From Verrucomicrobiia bacterium (lineage in GTDB: Bacteria > Acidobacteriota > Polarisedimenticolia > Gp22-AA2): 64,000 bases of DNA. Below, in pieces: positions 31,193 to 40,333 of this stretch; positions within the stretch are counted from its first letter, which is position 1, and each line of letters opens with the position of its first letter. The stretch lies in contig DASRAU010000027.1 in assembly GCA_035638075.1 (NCBI GenBank), forward strand, positions 41,508-105,507, in the 5' to 3' direction. The notes under the pieces are model-generated. The model had not been told where the DNA came from. It did no database searches and saw only the letters and a program-made list of their open reading frames with translations. Position numbers and translations under genes: made by a program.

Positions 31193-32844
31193 GCGGCGCG
31201 CCTCAGGACCTGGCCCACCGCCTCGGGGCGATAGACGCCCGCTTCCACCTGGGCGCGGCCGTTGACGAAGACGTGCTCGATGCCGAGGGCCATGCGCCGC
31301 GGAGAACCGTAGTCCGAGGCCGCGCCGACGCGGACGGGATCGAAGGCGACGAGATCGGCCCGCGCCCCGGCCTGCACAACGCCGCGATCCCTGGTGCCGA
31401 GGCGCGCCGCCGGAAGCGAGGTCATCCGCCGCACCGCCTCCTCCAGATCGAGGACCCGTCGCTCGCGCACGTAGTGGCCGAGGACGCGCGGGAACGCGCC
31501 GTAGGCTCCCGGGTGCGGCGCCCCCTTGCCGATTTCCCAGGCATCGCTGACGAACGCCAGGTGCGGCGCCTCGAGAAATGGCAGCAGGTCCTCGTCCCCC
31601 TCGTCGTCGCCGGAGATCCCGAAGATCAGCTGCGTCGCCACCCCCTGCTCCTCGACGAGGAGGTCGGCGAGGGCGTCGAACGGGGTCACATCCCGCTCCT
31701 GCGCGATCGCCGCGATCGACAGCCCTTCGAGGCGCTTGTTCGGCGCCCCGTCCACATGCGCCACGCGGATGCGCTCCCAGCCGCACTCGCGCGCGATGTT
31801 CATGGTGAAGCGGGACGGATCCTCCCACGGCGGCCAGACGGCGTCGCGCTCTTCGATCTCCTCGCGCATCCGGCGGCGCTGGGCGTGATCCCGCAGCCGA
31901 TCGAGGAGCGCCACGACACCTCCGTCGAGCGCCCAGGGAGGCAGCAGGGCCAGAAGCGTCGTGCACACCGCCGTGTACGGGATGACATCGCCGCTCACCG
32001 GCCGTCCGCGTCGCGACGCTTCCTCGTGCAGTCCCAGGACATCGCGCGTTCCCGGCCAGGCGCGCGGCCCGACCGTTTCGACGTGCGAGTGGTGCACGGC
32101 CGCGCCGCTGCGGCGCCCCACCTCGAGAAGCTCCCGCACCGCCGGCAGGAGCGTGGCGTGGCTGCTCCCGCGCTGGTGGAACGCGGCGAAGCCTCCGGCG
32201 GCCGCGGCGGCGCGGGCACAGCCCGCGACTTCATCGGTGTCGGCGAACTGCCCCGGCGGATAGATGAGCCCGAAGGAAACGCCGAACGCCCCCGCTTCGA
32301 CCGCCTCGCGCAGGTGACGCTCGATCGCCGCCTGCTCGTCGCGGGTCGGACGCCCGGCACGCCCTCCCATCACCGCGGCGCGGGCCGGGCCGTGTGCCGC
32401 CAGCGTCGCGACGTTCTGAAGGACCCCCTGCGCCTCGATCCGATCGAGCCATTGCGCCAGGGTGCTCCAGGACCACTCGACGCCGTCCGGAGCGAAGAAG
32501 CCGCACACCTTGCGGACCTCGGCGGCGTGCGGCGGGACGAGCGGGGCGACCCCGATCCCGCAGTTGCCGACCACCTCCGTCGTGATCCCCTGGCGCAGCC
32601 GTCCTTCGAGGAGCTGCCGCTGCCGGGCCAGAGGCAAAGCGAAGACGAGGTCGTGATGCGAATGCAGGTCGATGAAGCCGGGGGCCAGCACGAGACCGCG
32701 CAGCTCGAGGCGGCGGACACCGGGAGAGTCGATGCGCGGCGCGACGGCGGCGATCGTCCCGCCCTCGATCCCGACGTCGAGGCGGGCGCGGGGGCGCCCG
32801 GTTCCGTCGATCACCTCGGCATCGGCGAGGACGAGATCGAGCAA
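31189..32844 (-). CDS. N-acyl-D-amino-acid deacylase (D-aminoacylase) family amidohydrolase
   Basis: 551 aa with the metal-binding GFIDLHSHHD motif, and TEVVGNCG and FVSDAW..G..HPGAYG blocks typical of D-aminoacylases. Confidence 0.8.
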   Translation of the reverse strand: MLDLVLADAEVIDGTGRPRARLDVGIEGGTIAAVAPRIDSPGVRRLELRGLVLAPGFIDLHSHHDLVFALPLARQRQLLEGRLRQGITTEVVGNCGIGVAPLVPPHAAEVRKVCGFFAPDGVEWSWSTLAQWLDRIEAQGVLQNVATLAAHGPARAAVMGGRAGRPTRDEQAAIERHLREAVEAGAFGVSFGLIYPPGQFADTDEVAGCARAAAAAGGFAAFHQRGSSHATLLPAVRELLEVGRRSGAAVHHSHVETVGPRAWPGTRDVLGLHEEASRRGRPVSGDVIPYTAVCTTLLALLPPWALDGGVVALLDRLRDHAQRRRMREEIEERDAVWPPWEDPSRFTMNIARECGWERIRVAHVDGAPNKRLEGLSIAAIAQERDVTPFDALADLLVEEQGVATQLIFGISGDDEGDEDLLPFLEAPHLAFVSDAWEIGKGAPHPGAYGAFPRVLGHYVRERRVLDLEEAVRRMTSLPAARLGTRDRGVVQAGARADLVAFDPVRVGAASDYGSPRRMALGIEHVFVNGRAQVEAGVYRPEAVGQVLRRAA

Positions 32845-32848
32845 GGTT

Positions 32849-33175
32849 CTAGGAGGTTCTCGGTCCGAACTGGGTGCGACGCTTCAGGTCGTCGCGATAG
32901 CGCGCGATGTTCGCCTTGAGGTTGTTGCGCCCCTGGCCGCAGTCGCCGCACCCTTCGTAGCTGTTCTCGTGATGGCGCGAGCAGCAATCCATCAGGTTGT
33001 ACCAGACCCCGTACTTCCAGCAGTAGAAGTCGGCGTCCGGCGGCCTGTAGGTGCAGCGCAGGATTTCGATGGGCCGGCGCTCCTGGTCTTCCGAGGCGGG
33101 ATCGGATGGAGGGGACTCCACGATCCGCATGCCCCGCGCCGCGGCCGGCTCCTTGTCGGGGTCGATGGCGCTCAT
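32849..33175 (-). CDS. Small Cys-rich hypothetical protein (first gene of the operon)
   Basis: 108 aa with six Cys arranged C-x10-C-x11-CC-x10-C-x2-C. It ends 4 nt before the D-aminoacylase start. No family was recognised. Confidence 0.5.
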   Translation of the reverse strand: MSAIDPDKEPAAARGMRIVESPPSDPASEDQERRPIEILRCTYRPPDADFYCWKYGVWYNLMDCCSRHHENSYEGCGDCGQGRNNLKANIARYRDDLKRRTQFGPRTS

Positions 33176-33309
33176 GACCCGGGTATTCTAGCGGAACTCT
33201 CCGGCCACGCCCCCCCGACTGCGGTGCGTGTTCGGGGACGCAAACCTCGTGCCCAGACGGGTCGATGCCGTTGCGGCCGGCCGGGGTTGCGGCTAACCTC
33301 AACGGCCCC

Positions 33310-34389
33310 ATGAGCCGCTCCCGGACCCCGGCCACTCTCAAGCCTCTGCTGCCTCTGATCTTTCTGTGGCTTCCGGCCTGCGGGGACGGCGGCCCACCGA
33401 TTCCTGCCGAGGAAGCGGTGCAGGTTCCCGGTCAGGGCAGAGTCGTGGTGTTCGTGGAGGCGCCGCGTTATCTCGCCGCACCCATCCTCAAGATGTTCAC
33501 GGAGCAGACGGGCATCGCCGTCGAGGCGATCTATCGCGAGGAGGCGGGGCCGGCGTTCTTCGATCAACTGAAGGCGGCTGCCTCGTCCGGGAAGGCCGAC
33601 CTCCTGTGGGGGGCGAGTCCGCTGTCGGCGCTCGACCTGCAGGAGGCCGGGCTGCTGCTTCCGTTCCGGCCCGCCGGAGCACGCCCCATCCCGGCGCAAT
33701 ACCACGATCGCGCCTGGAGGTGGATCGGCTTCGCCGCCAATCCGCGCGTCATCCTCACCCACGACGAATCAATGGGCGACCGTCCCCCCGCCGGCCTCGA
33801 GGATCTCGTCGAGGGACCGTGGGCCGGCAAGGGCATCCTGCGACGCCCGTCCGAAGGCACCGCGGCGTTCCAGGCGGCGGCCCTGTTCGCCTGGATCGGC
33901 TCGAGCCGGGGGCGCGAGTTCTTCCAGAAGGTCGCGTCCTCCGGGAACCAGGTCGTGGACGACGACGCCGAGGTCCAGAAGCAGGTGGCGGCGGGCACCC
34001 GCGCCTGGGGCCTCATCGACCTCGATCGGGCCATCTGCTCCAAGCGGCAGGGAGACAAGGTCTCCATCCTCTTTCCCGACCGCCTCGGGATGGGGGCGGT
34101 GGCGATCCCCGAGGTCATCGCGCTCCTCAAGGGGGCGCCGAACCCGGCCCAGGCGCGTGGCCTCATCGGTTATCTCTTCGCGACCGACGCCGTCTGGGCC
34201 GTCGGGCAGAGCGATTGCGCCCTCATCAGCCTCATGCCGGTCAACGACCTCGGCATCCCGAAGCCCGACTGGGTGCCGGTCCTCGGCTCTTTGAACATCC
34301 AGGCCATCGACAACGCCAAGGTGTACGACGCCTGGACGCGCGAGCGGACGTTTCTGCAATCCTGGCCCGCCGCTCCGTCCGCACGCTGA
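33310..34389 (+). CDS. Periplasmic/extracellular solute-binding protein (family 1, iron- or thiamine-type ABC SBP-like)
   Basis: ATG at 33310 gives a signal sequence ending LWLPACGDG. The fold is SBP-like (VVVFVEAP..., LLWGASP, RVILTH). No cognate permease or ATPase gene is adjacent. Confidence 0.65.
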   Translation: MSRSRTPATLKPLLPLIFLWLPACGDGGPPIPAEEAVQVPGQGRVVVFVEAPRYLAAPILKMFTEQTGIAVEAIYREEAGPAFFDQLKAAASSGKADLLWGASPLSALDLQEAGLLLPFRPAGARPIPAQYHDRAWRWIGFAANPRVILTHDESMGDRPPAGLEDLVEGPWAGKGILRRPSEGTAAFQAAALFAWIGSSRGREFFQKVASSGNQVVDDDAEVQKQVAAGTRAWGLIDLDRAICSKRQGDKVSILFPDRLGMGAVAIPEVIALLKGAPNPAQARGLIGYLFATDAVWAVGQSDCALISLMPVNDLGIPKPDWVPVLGSLNIQAIDNAKVYDAWTRERTFLQSWPAAPSAR

Positions 34390-34543
34390 CGCCGTCATCG
34401 CCCGGCTGACGATCCCCGGGCGCACGCGCCTCCCCGGGATCGCCGGGAAACCGTTGGCCCACGGGGTTTTCCGTTGCCCGGCTCGCGGGGCGGTGGTATA
34501 TGATTCGTCGCGGCGCGGAGTTTCCGTGCCGCCGGCTCTCTCC

Positions 34544-35635
34544 ATGAACGACAGGGACACGACAGCCCCCGGCGTCGCGGCACGCCCCGCCCCGCCCACC
34601 CGTCGCTTCCGCATTCTGGTGGTGGACGATGACTCCGACAGCGTCGATCTGCTCCAGCGCTGGCTCGCGATGGAGGGGTACGACGTCTCGACGGCCAAGG
34701 ACGGCGCCGAGGCGCTGCAGGCGATCGCCGGGCAGCGCCCCGACCTCGTCCTGCTCGACCTGCTCATCCCGCCGCCGGAGGGGCTCCAGGTGATTCGCAC
34801 CGTGAAGCGCGACCGCGCCATGTCGACGGTGCCCATCGTCGTCATGACGGTCAAGCGCGACGTGAAGACGAAGATCGAGGCGCTCCGGACCGGGGCCGAT
34901 GACTTCATCGTCAAGCCGTTCCACTTCGACGAGCTCGACGCCGTGATGCGCGCCTCGCTCAAGAAGCGCTACCTCTACACGTCGCTCGAGCGGGCGAATC
35001 GGCAGCTGCGCGACGCCAACGAGAAGCTGACCAAGCTGTCGGTCACCGACGACCGCACCAACCTGCTCAACGACCGCTACCTCAAGCGCCGCCTGTCGGA
35101 GGAGTTCAAGCGCGCGCGGCGCTACGAGGCGCCGCTGACCGCGATGCTGCTCGACCTCGATCACTTCAAGCAGGTGAACGACAAGTACGGGCACGACTGC
35201 GGCGACCAGGTGCTGGCGGAGTTCGCCAAGATCCTCCTCGACAACGCGCGCGAGATCGACATCGTCGGCCGCTACGGCGGTGAGGAGTTCCTGATTATCC
35301 TGCCGAACACCGACGGCATCCGCGCCGCGGTCGTGGCCGAGCGCGTTCGCAAGGCGGCCGAGGAGCACGTCTACCGGTACCGCGAGTTCCTGGTGCGGAT
35401 GACGGTGAGCATCGGGCTGGCGTCGGTGCCGGCCAACGCCGCGGTGCACACCGAGGCCGACCTCGTGCGCGCCGCCGACGAAGCGCTCTACCGGGCCAAG
35501 CAGACGACCCGCAACAAGGTCATCCTCGACCGCGCCTCGATCCCCGGCGACATCCTCGAAGGGGACCTCTCCACCATCTTCAAGGCCTCGTACGAGGACG
35601 GCCCGGCCATCCCGCCCCCCGGGGACGATTTCTAG
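34544..35635 (+). CDS. Response regulator receiver + GGDEF diguanylate cyclase (PleD/WspR-like)
   Basis: The REC domain (ILVVDDD...DLVLLDLLIP...) is followed by a coiled linker and a GGDEF domain with an intact GGEEF and an RxxD I-site (REID) 5 residues upstream. Confidence 0.85.
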   Translation: MNDRDTTAPGVAARPAPPTRRFRILVVDDDSDSVDLLQRWLAMEGYDVSTAKDGAEALQAIAGQRPDLVLLDLLIPPPEGLQVIRTVKRDRAMSTVPIVVMTVKRDVKTKIEALRTGADDFIVKPFHFDELDAVMRASLKKRYLYTSLERANRQLRDANEKLTKLSVTDDRTNLLNDRYLKRRLSEEFKRARRYEAPLTAMLLDLDHFKQVNDKYGHDCGDQVLAEFAKILLDNAREIDIVGRYGGEEFLIILPNTDGIRAAVVAERVRKAAEEHVYRYREFLVRMTVSIGLASVPANAAVHTEADLVRAADEALYRAKQTTRNKVILDRASIPGDILEGDLSTIFKASYEDGPAIPPPGDDF

Positions 35636-35691
35636 GAAATCCGGATGGTAGACTGAAGGCTCGCGCGCGCGGGATCGCGCCGGAGCAACCT

Positions 35692-38034
35692 TTGGCCTCA
35701 CCTCGCCGCAAGACCCCCAGGCGCAAGACCGCAACGTCCACCCGCCGCCTGCTCTTCGTCTGGCTGCCCCTGGGGTTCGGCGTCGTGCTGGCAGGCGCCC
35801 TGACCATCGCCTGCATCGACGCGAACTGGCGCTTCTCGCTCGCGGCGCCGCCTCCGCCGGTGCGGATCCTCTCGACCTCGTTCGCCATCCGCGAAGACAT
35901 GCGGCTGTCGCGCGAGGATCTCGTCGAGCGGCTGAAGCGCCTCGGCTACCGGCAGGTGGAGGGCCGCCCGGCGACGCCCGGCGAGTACGCGCTGCGCTTC
36001 CACGCGATCGAGATCGCGCGCAACCGTTTCGACGGCCCGGACGGGCCGGTCGAGCCGCTGACCGTGCGCGTGCGGCTGTCGTCGCGCGTCGGCAACGTCG
36101 AGAACGCGGAGACGGGACGCGACGTGAAGGACTTCCGCCTCGAACCCGAGCCGCTCGGCCTTCTGTCGGGGGACGCGCACGAGGAGCGCCTGCCCACGCC
36201 GCTCACCGATATTCCCCCGGTGCTGCAGCACGCCGTCATCGCCATCGAGGACCGGCGCTTCGAAAGCCACCCCGGCTTCGATCCTCTGGGCATCCTGCGC
36301 GCCCTCATCGCCAACATGCGCCACGGGGAGGTCGTGCAGGGAGGGAGCACGATCACCCAGCAGCTCGCAAAAAACCTCTACCACGCGCAGGACAACCGCA
36401 CCGTGGCCCAGAAGATCTGGGAGACGCTGTCGGCGATCAGCCTCGAGATGGCGCGCACCAAGCAGGCGATCCTCGAGCGCTACCTGAACGAGGTGTACCT
36501 GGCGCAGCGCGGGCCGACGGCGATCGTCGGCGTCGGCGCCGCCGCGCACCACTACTTCGGCAAGGAGGTGCGCTACCTCGATCTGCCGGAATCCGCCCTG
36601 CTCGCCGGGCTCATCCAGTCCCCCGGCCGTTACCACCCGTACCGGCACCCCGACGCCGCCCGCGAGCGGCGTGATCTCGTCCTGCAGGCGATGCGCGAGG
36701 CCGACTTCATCACCGAAGACGAGCGCAAGGCGGCTTCCGCCGCGCCATTGCTCCTTCGTCCGGAGCCGTCGCACGACTCGCGCCAGGCGCCGTACTTCGT
36801 GGACTATGTGGCCGAAGAGCTCAACCGGCTGGGCATCACCGACAAGGAATCGGCCGGCCTCATCGTGCACACGACGCTCGATCCGCTCCTCCAGGCGCGC
36901 GCCGAGGCGGCGCTCGAAACGCGGCTGGCGAAGGACGAGCGCACCTTCAAGCAGCTGCGTCCGCTCCCGGGAGGCAGCCTGCAGGGGGCGGTGGTGGCGC
37001 TGCGTCCTACCGACGGGGCGGTGCTCGCGATGGTCGGGGGGCGCGACTACGGCCGCTCGCAGTTCAATCGCATCGCCCAGGCGCACCGGCAGCCGGGCTC
37101 GCTGTTCAAGCCGTTCGTCTACCTCGCCGGCTTCCAGCGCGCCCAGGAGGAGGGCGAGCCGTCCTTCACGCCGGCCACGGTGCTCGACGACTCACCCTTC
37201 GAGGAGGAGGTGGCCGGGGTCGTGTGGGCGCCGCACAACTTCGACGAGGAGTTCCGCGGCCCGGTGACGGCGCGCCAGGCCCTGACCCACAGCCTCAACG
37301 TGCCGACCATCCACGCCGCCGAGCAGATCGGCCTGCGCGAGGTGATCCGCGCGGCGCGGCGCTGCGGCATCGAGAGCCCGCTCGAGCCGGTCCCGTCGAT
37401 CGCCCTCGGGACCTTCGAGGTCACGCCGCTCGAGATCGCCGCCGCCTTCACTCCCTTCGCCACGGGCGGCGAACGCCACGCGCCGCGTTCGATCGAGGCG
37501 ATCGTGGACGGCAAGGGCAAGAAGCGCCTGCTGCCGGATCCGGAGCACAAGACCGCCGCGACGCCGCAGGCCGCCTACCTGACCCTCGACCTGATGCGCG
37601 ACGTGGTGCGCCAGGGCACCGCCGCCGGGATCGGCGCCTGGGGCCTCCAGGCCGATCTCGCCGGCAAGACCGGCACAACCGACGAAGGCCGCGACGCGTG
37701 GTTCCTCGGCTTCAATCCCGACTTCCTGGCGCTCGCCTGGGTCGGCTTCGACAACAACCGCCCGCTGCGCCTCGGCGGCTCGGCGCTCGCCCTGCCGATC
37801 TGGGCCGACGTCGCCGCCGGCGCCGGCCTCGACCCTCAGTCCAAGTTCGAGGAGCCCGACGGCCTCGTCCGCGAGGACGTCGATCCGACCACGGGCCTTC
37901 TCGCCGGCTGGCGCTGTCCCGATTCGATCAACGAACTCTTCATCGCCGGCGCCGAGCCGGTCGAAGCCTGCCAGCACGATCGCCCCGTCACCTCGTGGGC
38001 GAAGCGCTTCTTCCACTGGCTGCAGCGCGAATAA
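35692..38034 (+). CDS. Class A penicillin-binding protein (PBP1A-type transglycosylase/transpeptidase)
   Basis: 780 aa from a TTG start with an N-terminal TM anchor. GT51 motifs are AIEDRRFESHPG and GGSTITQQLAKN. Transpeptidase motifs are SLFKP (SxxK), SLN and KTGTT. Confidence 0.85.
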   Translation: MASPRRKTPRRKTATSTRRLLFVWLPLGFGVVLAGALTIACIDANWRFSLAAPPPPVRILSTSFAIREDMRLSREDLVERLKRLGYRQVEGRPATPGEYALRFHAIEIARNRFDGPDGPVEPLTVRVRLSSRVGNVENAETGRDVKDFRLEPEPLGLLSGDAHEERLPTPLTDIPPVLQHAVIAIEDRRFESHPGFDPLGILRALIANMRHGEVVQGGSTITQQLAKNLYHAQDNRTVAQKIWETLSAISLEMARTKQAILERYLNEVYLAQRGPTAIVGVGAAAHHYFGKEVRYLDLPESALLAGLIQSPGRYHPYRHPDAARERRDLVLQAMREADFITEDERKAASAAPLLLRPEPSHDSRQAPYFVDYVAEELNRLGITDKESAGLIVHTTLDPLLQARAEAALETRLAKDERTFKQLRPLPGGSLQGAVVALRPTDGAVLAMVGGRDYGRSQFNRIAQAHRQPGSLFKPFVYLAGFQRAQEEGEPSFTPATVLDDSPFEEEVAGVVWAPHNFDEEFRGPVTARQALTHSLNVPTIHAAEQIGLREVIRAARRCGIESPLEPVPSIALGTFEVTPLEIAAAFTPFATGGERHAPRSIEAIVDGKGKKRLLPDPEHKTAATPQAAYLTLDLMRDVVRQGTAAGIGAWGLQADLAGKTGTTDEGRDAWFLGFNPDFLALAWVGFDNNRPLRLGGSALALPIWADVAAGAGLDPQSKFEEPDGLVREDVDPTTGLLAGWRCPDSINELFIAGAEPVEACQHDRPVTSWAKRFFHWLQRE

Positions 38035-38074
38035 CCAAGGCGCGCTTCGAGTGTGAGGCCGCGGGACGGCCGCC

Positions 38075-40333
38075 CTAGCGGGATGACGCCTGAGCCGGCG
38101 GCACCTCGACGACGGTACGCCCGGCGCCCACGTTCCCGGCGGAATCGACGGCGCGCACGACGATGCTGCATTCGCCGGCCGGCGGCGTGGGGATCTCGAT
38201 CTCGAAGGCCTCGGCGGCGGAATCGCTCAGGCCGTCCTCGGGCCGCGCCGGCATCCATTCGCCGGCGTCGACGGAGTACTGCGCCTCGCGCACCACGCTG
38301 AAGCCGTCGTTGGCCTCGAACGAGACCTTGAGGGTGCCGTGGTCGAGCTGCGCCTTCAGGCGGTCGATGCGCGGCGGGGTGTTGTCGACGTCGAAGGGCG
38401 CGGAAATCTTCTCGGCGGTCAGCGCCTGCCCGCTCGGATTCGAGAGAGCGTCGCTCGCGACGACCCGCACGAGGTAGGTGCCGTCCGGCAGGGCCGAACC
38501 GTCGAAGGTGATGAAGTCCTCGTCGATCCCCTTGCGGACCGTCTTCCAGGCTTTCTCGTCGAGCGCCCGGTACTGCACGTCGTAGAGCAGGTCGTCCTCG
38601 TTCGGATCGGCCACCTGCCAGGTGATGCTGCGTGCCCCGGCGTCATAGCCGCGCCGCGACGTGGGGCGGGCCCGGTGCCGCGTGGAGGTGTCGGCGTCGG
38701 TTCCACCCTTCGTGTCAGGCGCCGGGCTCGAGGCCGCCGCCGGAACTTCCTGGAGCGTCACGCCGACCGGCAGGACCTCCATCTTGCGGAACTCCGGCGG
38801 CAGGTTCTTCTGCATGTAGACGACCCCCACCTCGCGCAGCTCGGGGGTGAGCGCCGCCTCCTTGCTGTTGAGGATGGCGCGCCACTGGAGGAAGCGTGCG
38901 GACGGGGATTCCACGCGGCCGCCGCCCGGCTCCGAGGTCTCCTTGCTCCATTCGGACCAGGTGCGATCGGGCTCCTCGGTATTGCCGCTGCGGGTCTGGA
39001 AGGCGACGGAGGTGCCCGACGGCACCTCGGCGCGCCAGGCGAGGCGTCCCCAGGTGGCGAACGACTGCGCGTCGAACACCTTCGACTCGAACCGTCCGGA
39101 GGAGAGATAGCCCGGCTTCAGGACCGCGACACTGCCGAGATTGCTGCCGGCCACGACGATCTCCGACCCGGCTTTGCCCGTCCCCGGCCGCGGCAGGAGC
39201 GCCGTGACCTGCGAGGCGCTGGTGCGTCCCACCTCGCTCAGCGTCCCCTTGGTGTCGAGGAGGTACAGCTTCCCCTCGTTGTTCGAACCCAGGAGAACCG
39301 AGCCGTTGTCGAGGCGCGCCAGGCTCAGGATCGCTTCATTGCTGTTCGACCACACCTCGCGCGCGTAGCCGTCCGGGGAAATCGACAGGACCTTCCCCTC
39401 CATGTTGACGCTCAGCCGCTGCTCGGCGCCACCCGACTGCGAGCCGCTGTTGCCGCTGTCCCCCGACGAGGAAGACGAGGAGGACGACGAGGCGCCGCTG
39501 TCCGACGAATCGCTCGAACTGCGCGACGGGCTCGAAGAGCGCGAGGACCGACCCGCTTCACCCGCCACGGCGGCGTACAGGGAGCCGTCCATCCCCGGCG
39601 CCAGCCCCACGACTTCGGTCAGCGGCGCGTCGTAGAGGACCGTCCCCTTGCCGTCCGGGGTGATGCGCAGGATGAGGCCATGGCCGTCGGTCCCCGCGAG
39701 CAGGTTCCCGTCGCGATCGATCGCCAGCGTGCGCACGTGCGTCTCGGCGCTGTCGAAGTGCACCCGGCTCGAGCCGTCCTTGCCGATGAGCAGCACCCGC
39801 CCCTGCGTCCCGGTCGCGGCGTAGAGCGAGCCCTTGTGATCGAACTGCAGCGACCAGATGTACTGCTCGAGGGTGTCGGTGCGCCAGACGAGCTTGCCGT
39901 CCGGGTTGAACTTGTAGACCCGGCCGCCCGGAGACGACCCGGCGTAGACGGCGCCGTTCGCGTCGACCGCGAGCGCCAGGACCTCGGGCTCCTCGACGTT
40001 GCAGAAGGGCGTCGCCGGCTTCCCCGGCTCGACGCGGTACACCGCCCCCTCGTTGCCGCCGGCGGCGTACACAACACCGCCGGGACCGGAGGCCACGGCC
40101 CAGATGTAGGGCTGGTCCGGCTCGAAGAGCGTTTCGAGGCGCGCGCCGAGGCGGATCGGCCCCTCGGCGAGGAGCGACACCCCTGAGGGCTCCCCCTGCT
40201 CGAAGTCGGCGCGGTCACGCTGTTTCCAGGTGCGGGAGGACACGGCGCCGGCCGGCGCCGCGAGGGCACACGCCACGAGGGCGACGAGCACGCCCGGGGC
40301 GGCACGCCGAAGAGAAGCCTGGATGTGGTTCAT
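38075..40333 (-). CDS. Secreted beta-propeller-like protein with an internal Ser-rich linker and a C-terminal Ig/FN3-like region
   Basis: 752 aa with a signal peptide. It has repeated G..Y..... propeller-like blades, a 40-residue S/G/D tract, and a C-terminal beta-rich domain. Its start overlaps the stop of the upstream S55 peptidase gene by 4 nt. Confidence 0.7.
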   Translation of the reverse strand: MNHIQASLRRAAPGVLVALVACALAAPAGAVSSRTWKQRDRADFEQGEPSGVSLLAEGPIRLGARLETLFEPDQPYIWAVASGPGGVVYAAGGNEGAVYRVEPGKPATPFCNVEEPEVLALAVDANGAVYAGSSPGGRVYKFNPDGKLVWRTDTLEQYIWSLQFDHKGSLYAATGTQGRVLLIGKDGSSRVHFDSAETHVRTLAIDRDGNLLAGTDGHGLILRITPDGKGTVLYDAPLTEVVGLAPGMDGSLYAAVAGEAGRSSRSSSPSRSSSDSSDSGASSSSSSSSSGDSGNSGSQSGGAEQRLSVNMEGKVLSISPDGYAREVWSNSNEAILSLARLDNGSVLLGSNNEGKLYLLDTKGTLSEVGRTSASQVTALLPRPGTGKAGSEIVVAGSNLGSVAVLKPGYLSSGRFESKVFDAQSFATWGRLAWRAEVPSGTSVAFQTRSGNTEEPDRTWSEWSKETSEPGGGRVESPSARFLQWRAILNSKEAALTPELREVGVVYMQKNLPPEFRKMEVLPVGVTLQEVPAAASSPAPDTKGGTDADTSTRHRARPTSRRGYDAGARSITWQVADPNEDDLLYDVQYRALDEKAWKTVRKGIDEDFITFDGSALPDGTYLVRVVASDALSNPSGQALTAEKISAPFDVDNTPPRIDRLKAQLDHGTLKVSFEANDGFSVVREAQYSVDAGEWMPARPEDGLSDSAAEAFEIEIPTPPAGECSIVVRAVDSAGNVGAGRTVVEVPPAQASSR

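Noticed and set aside
39425-39555. Ser-codon-rich stretch as a possible nucleotide microsatellite or CRISPR-like repeat
   Set aside because: There is no regular nucleotide period. Mixed TCx/AGC codons encode a low-complexity Ser/Gly/Asp linker inside a continuous 752-aa ORF.
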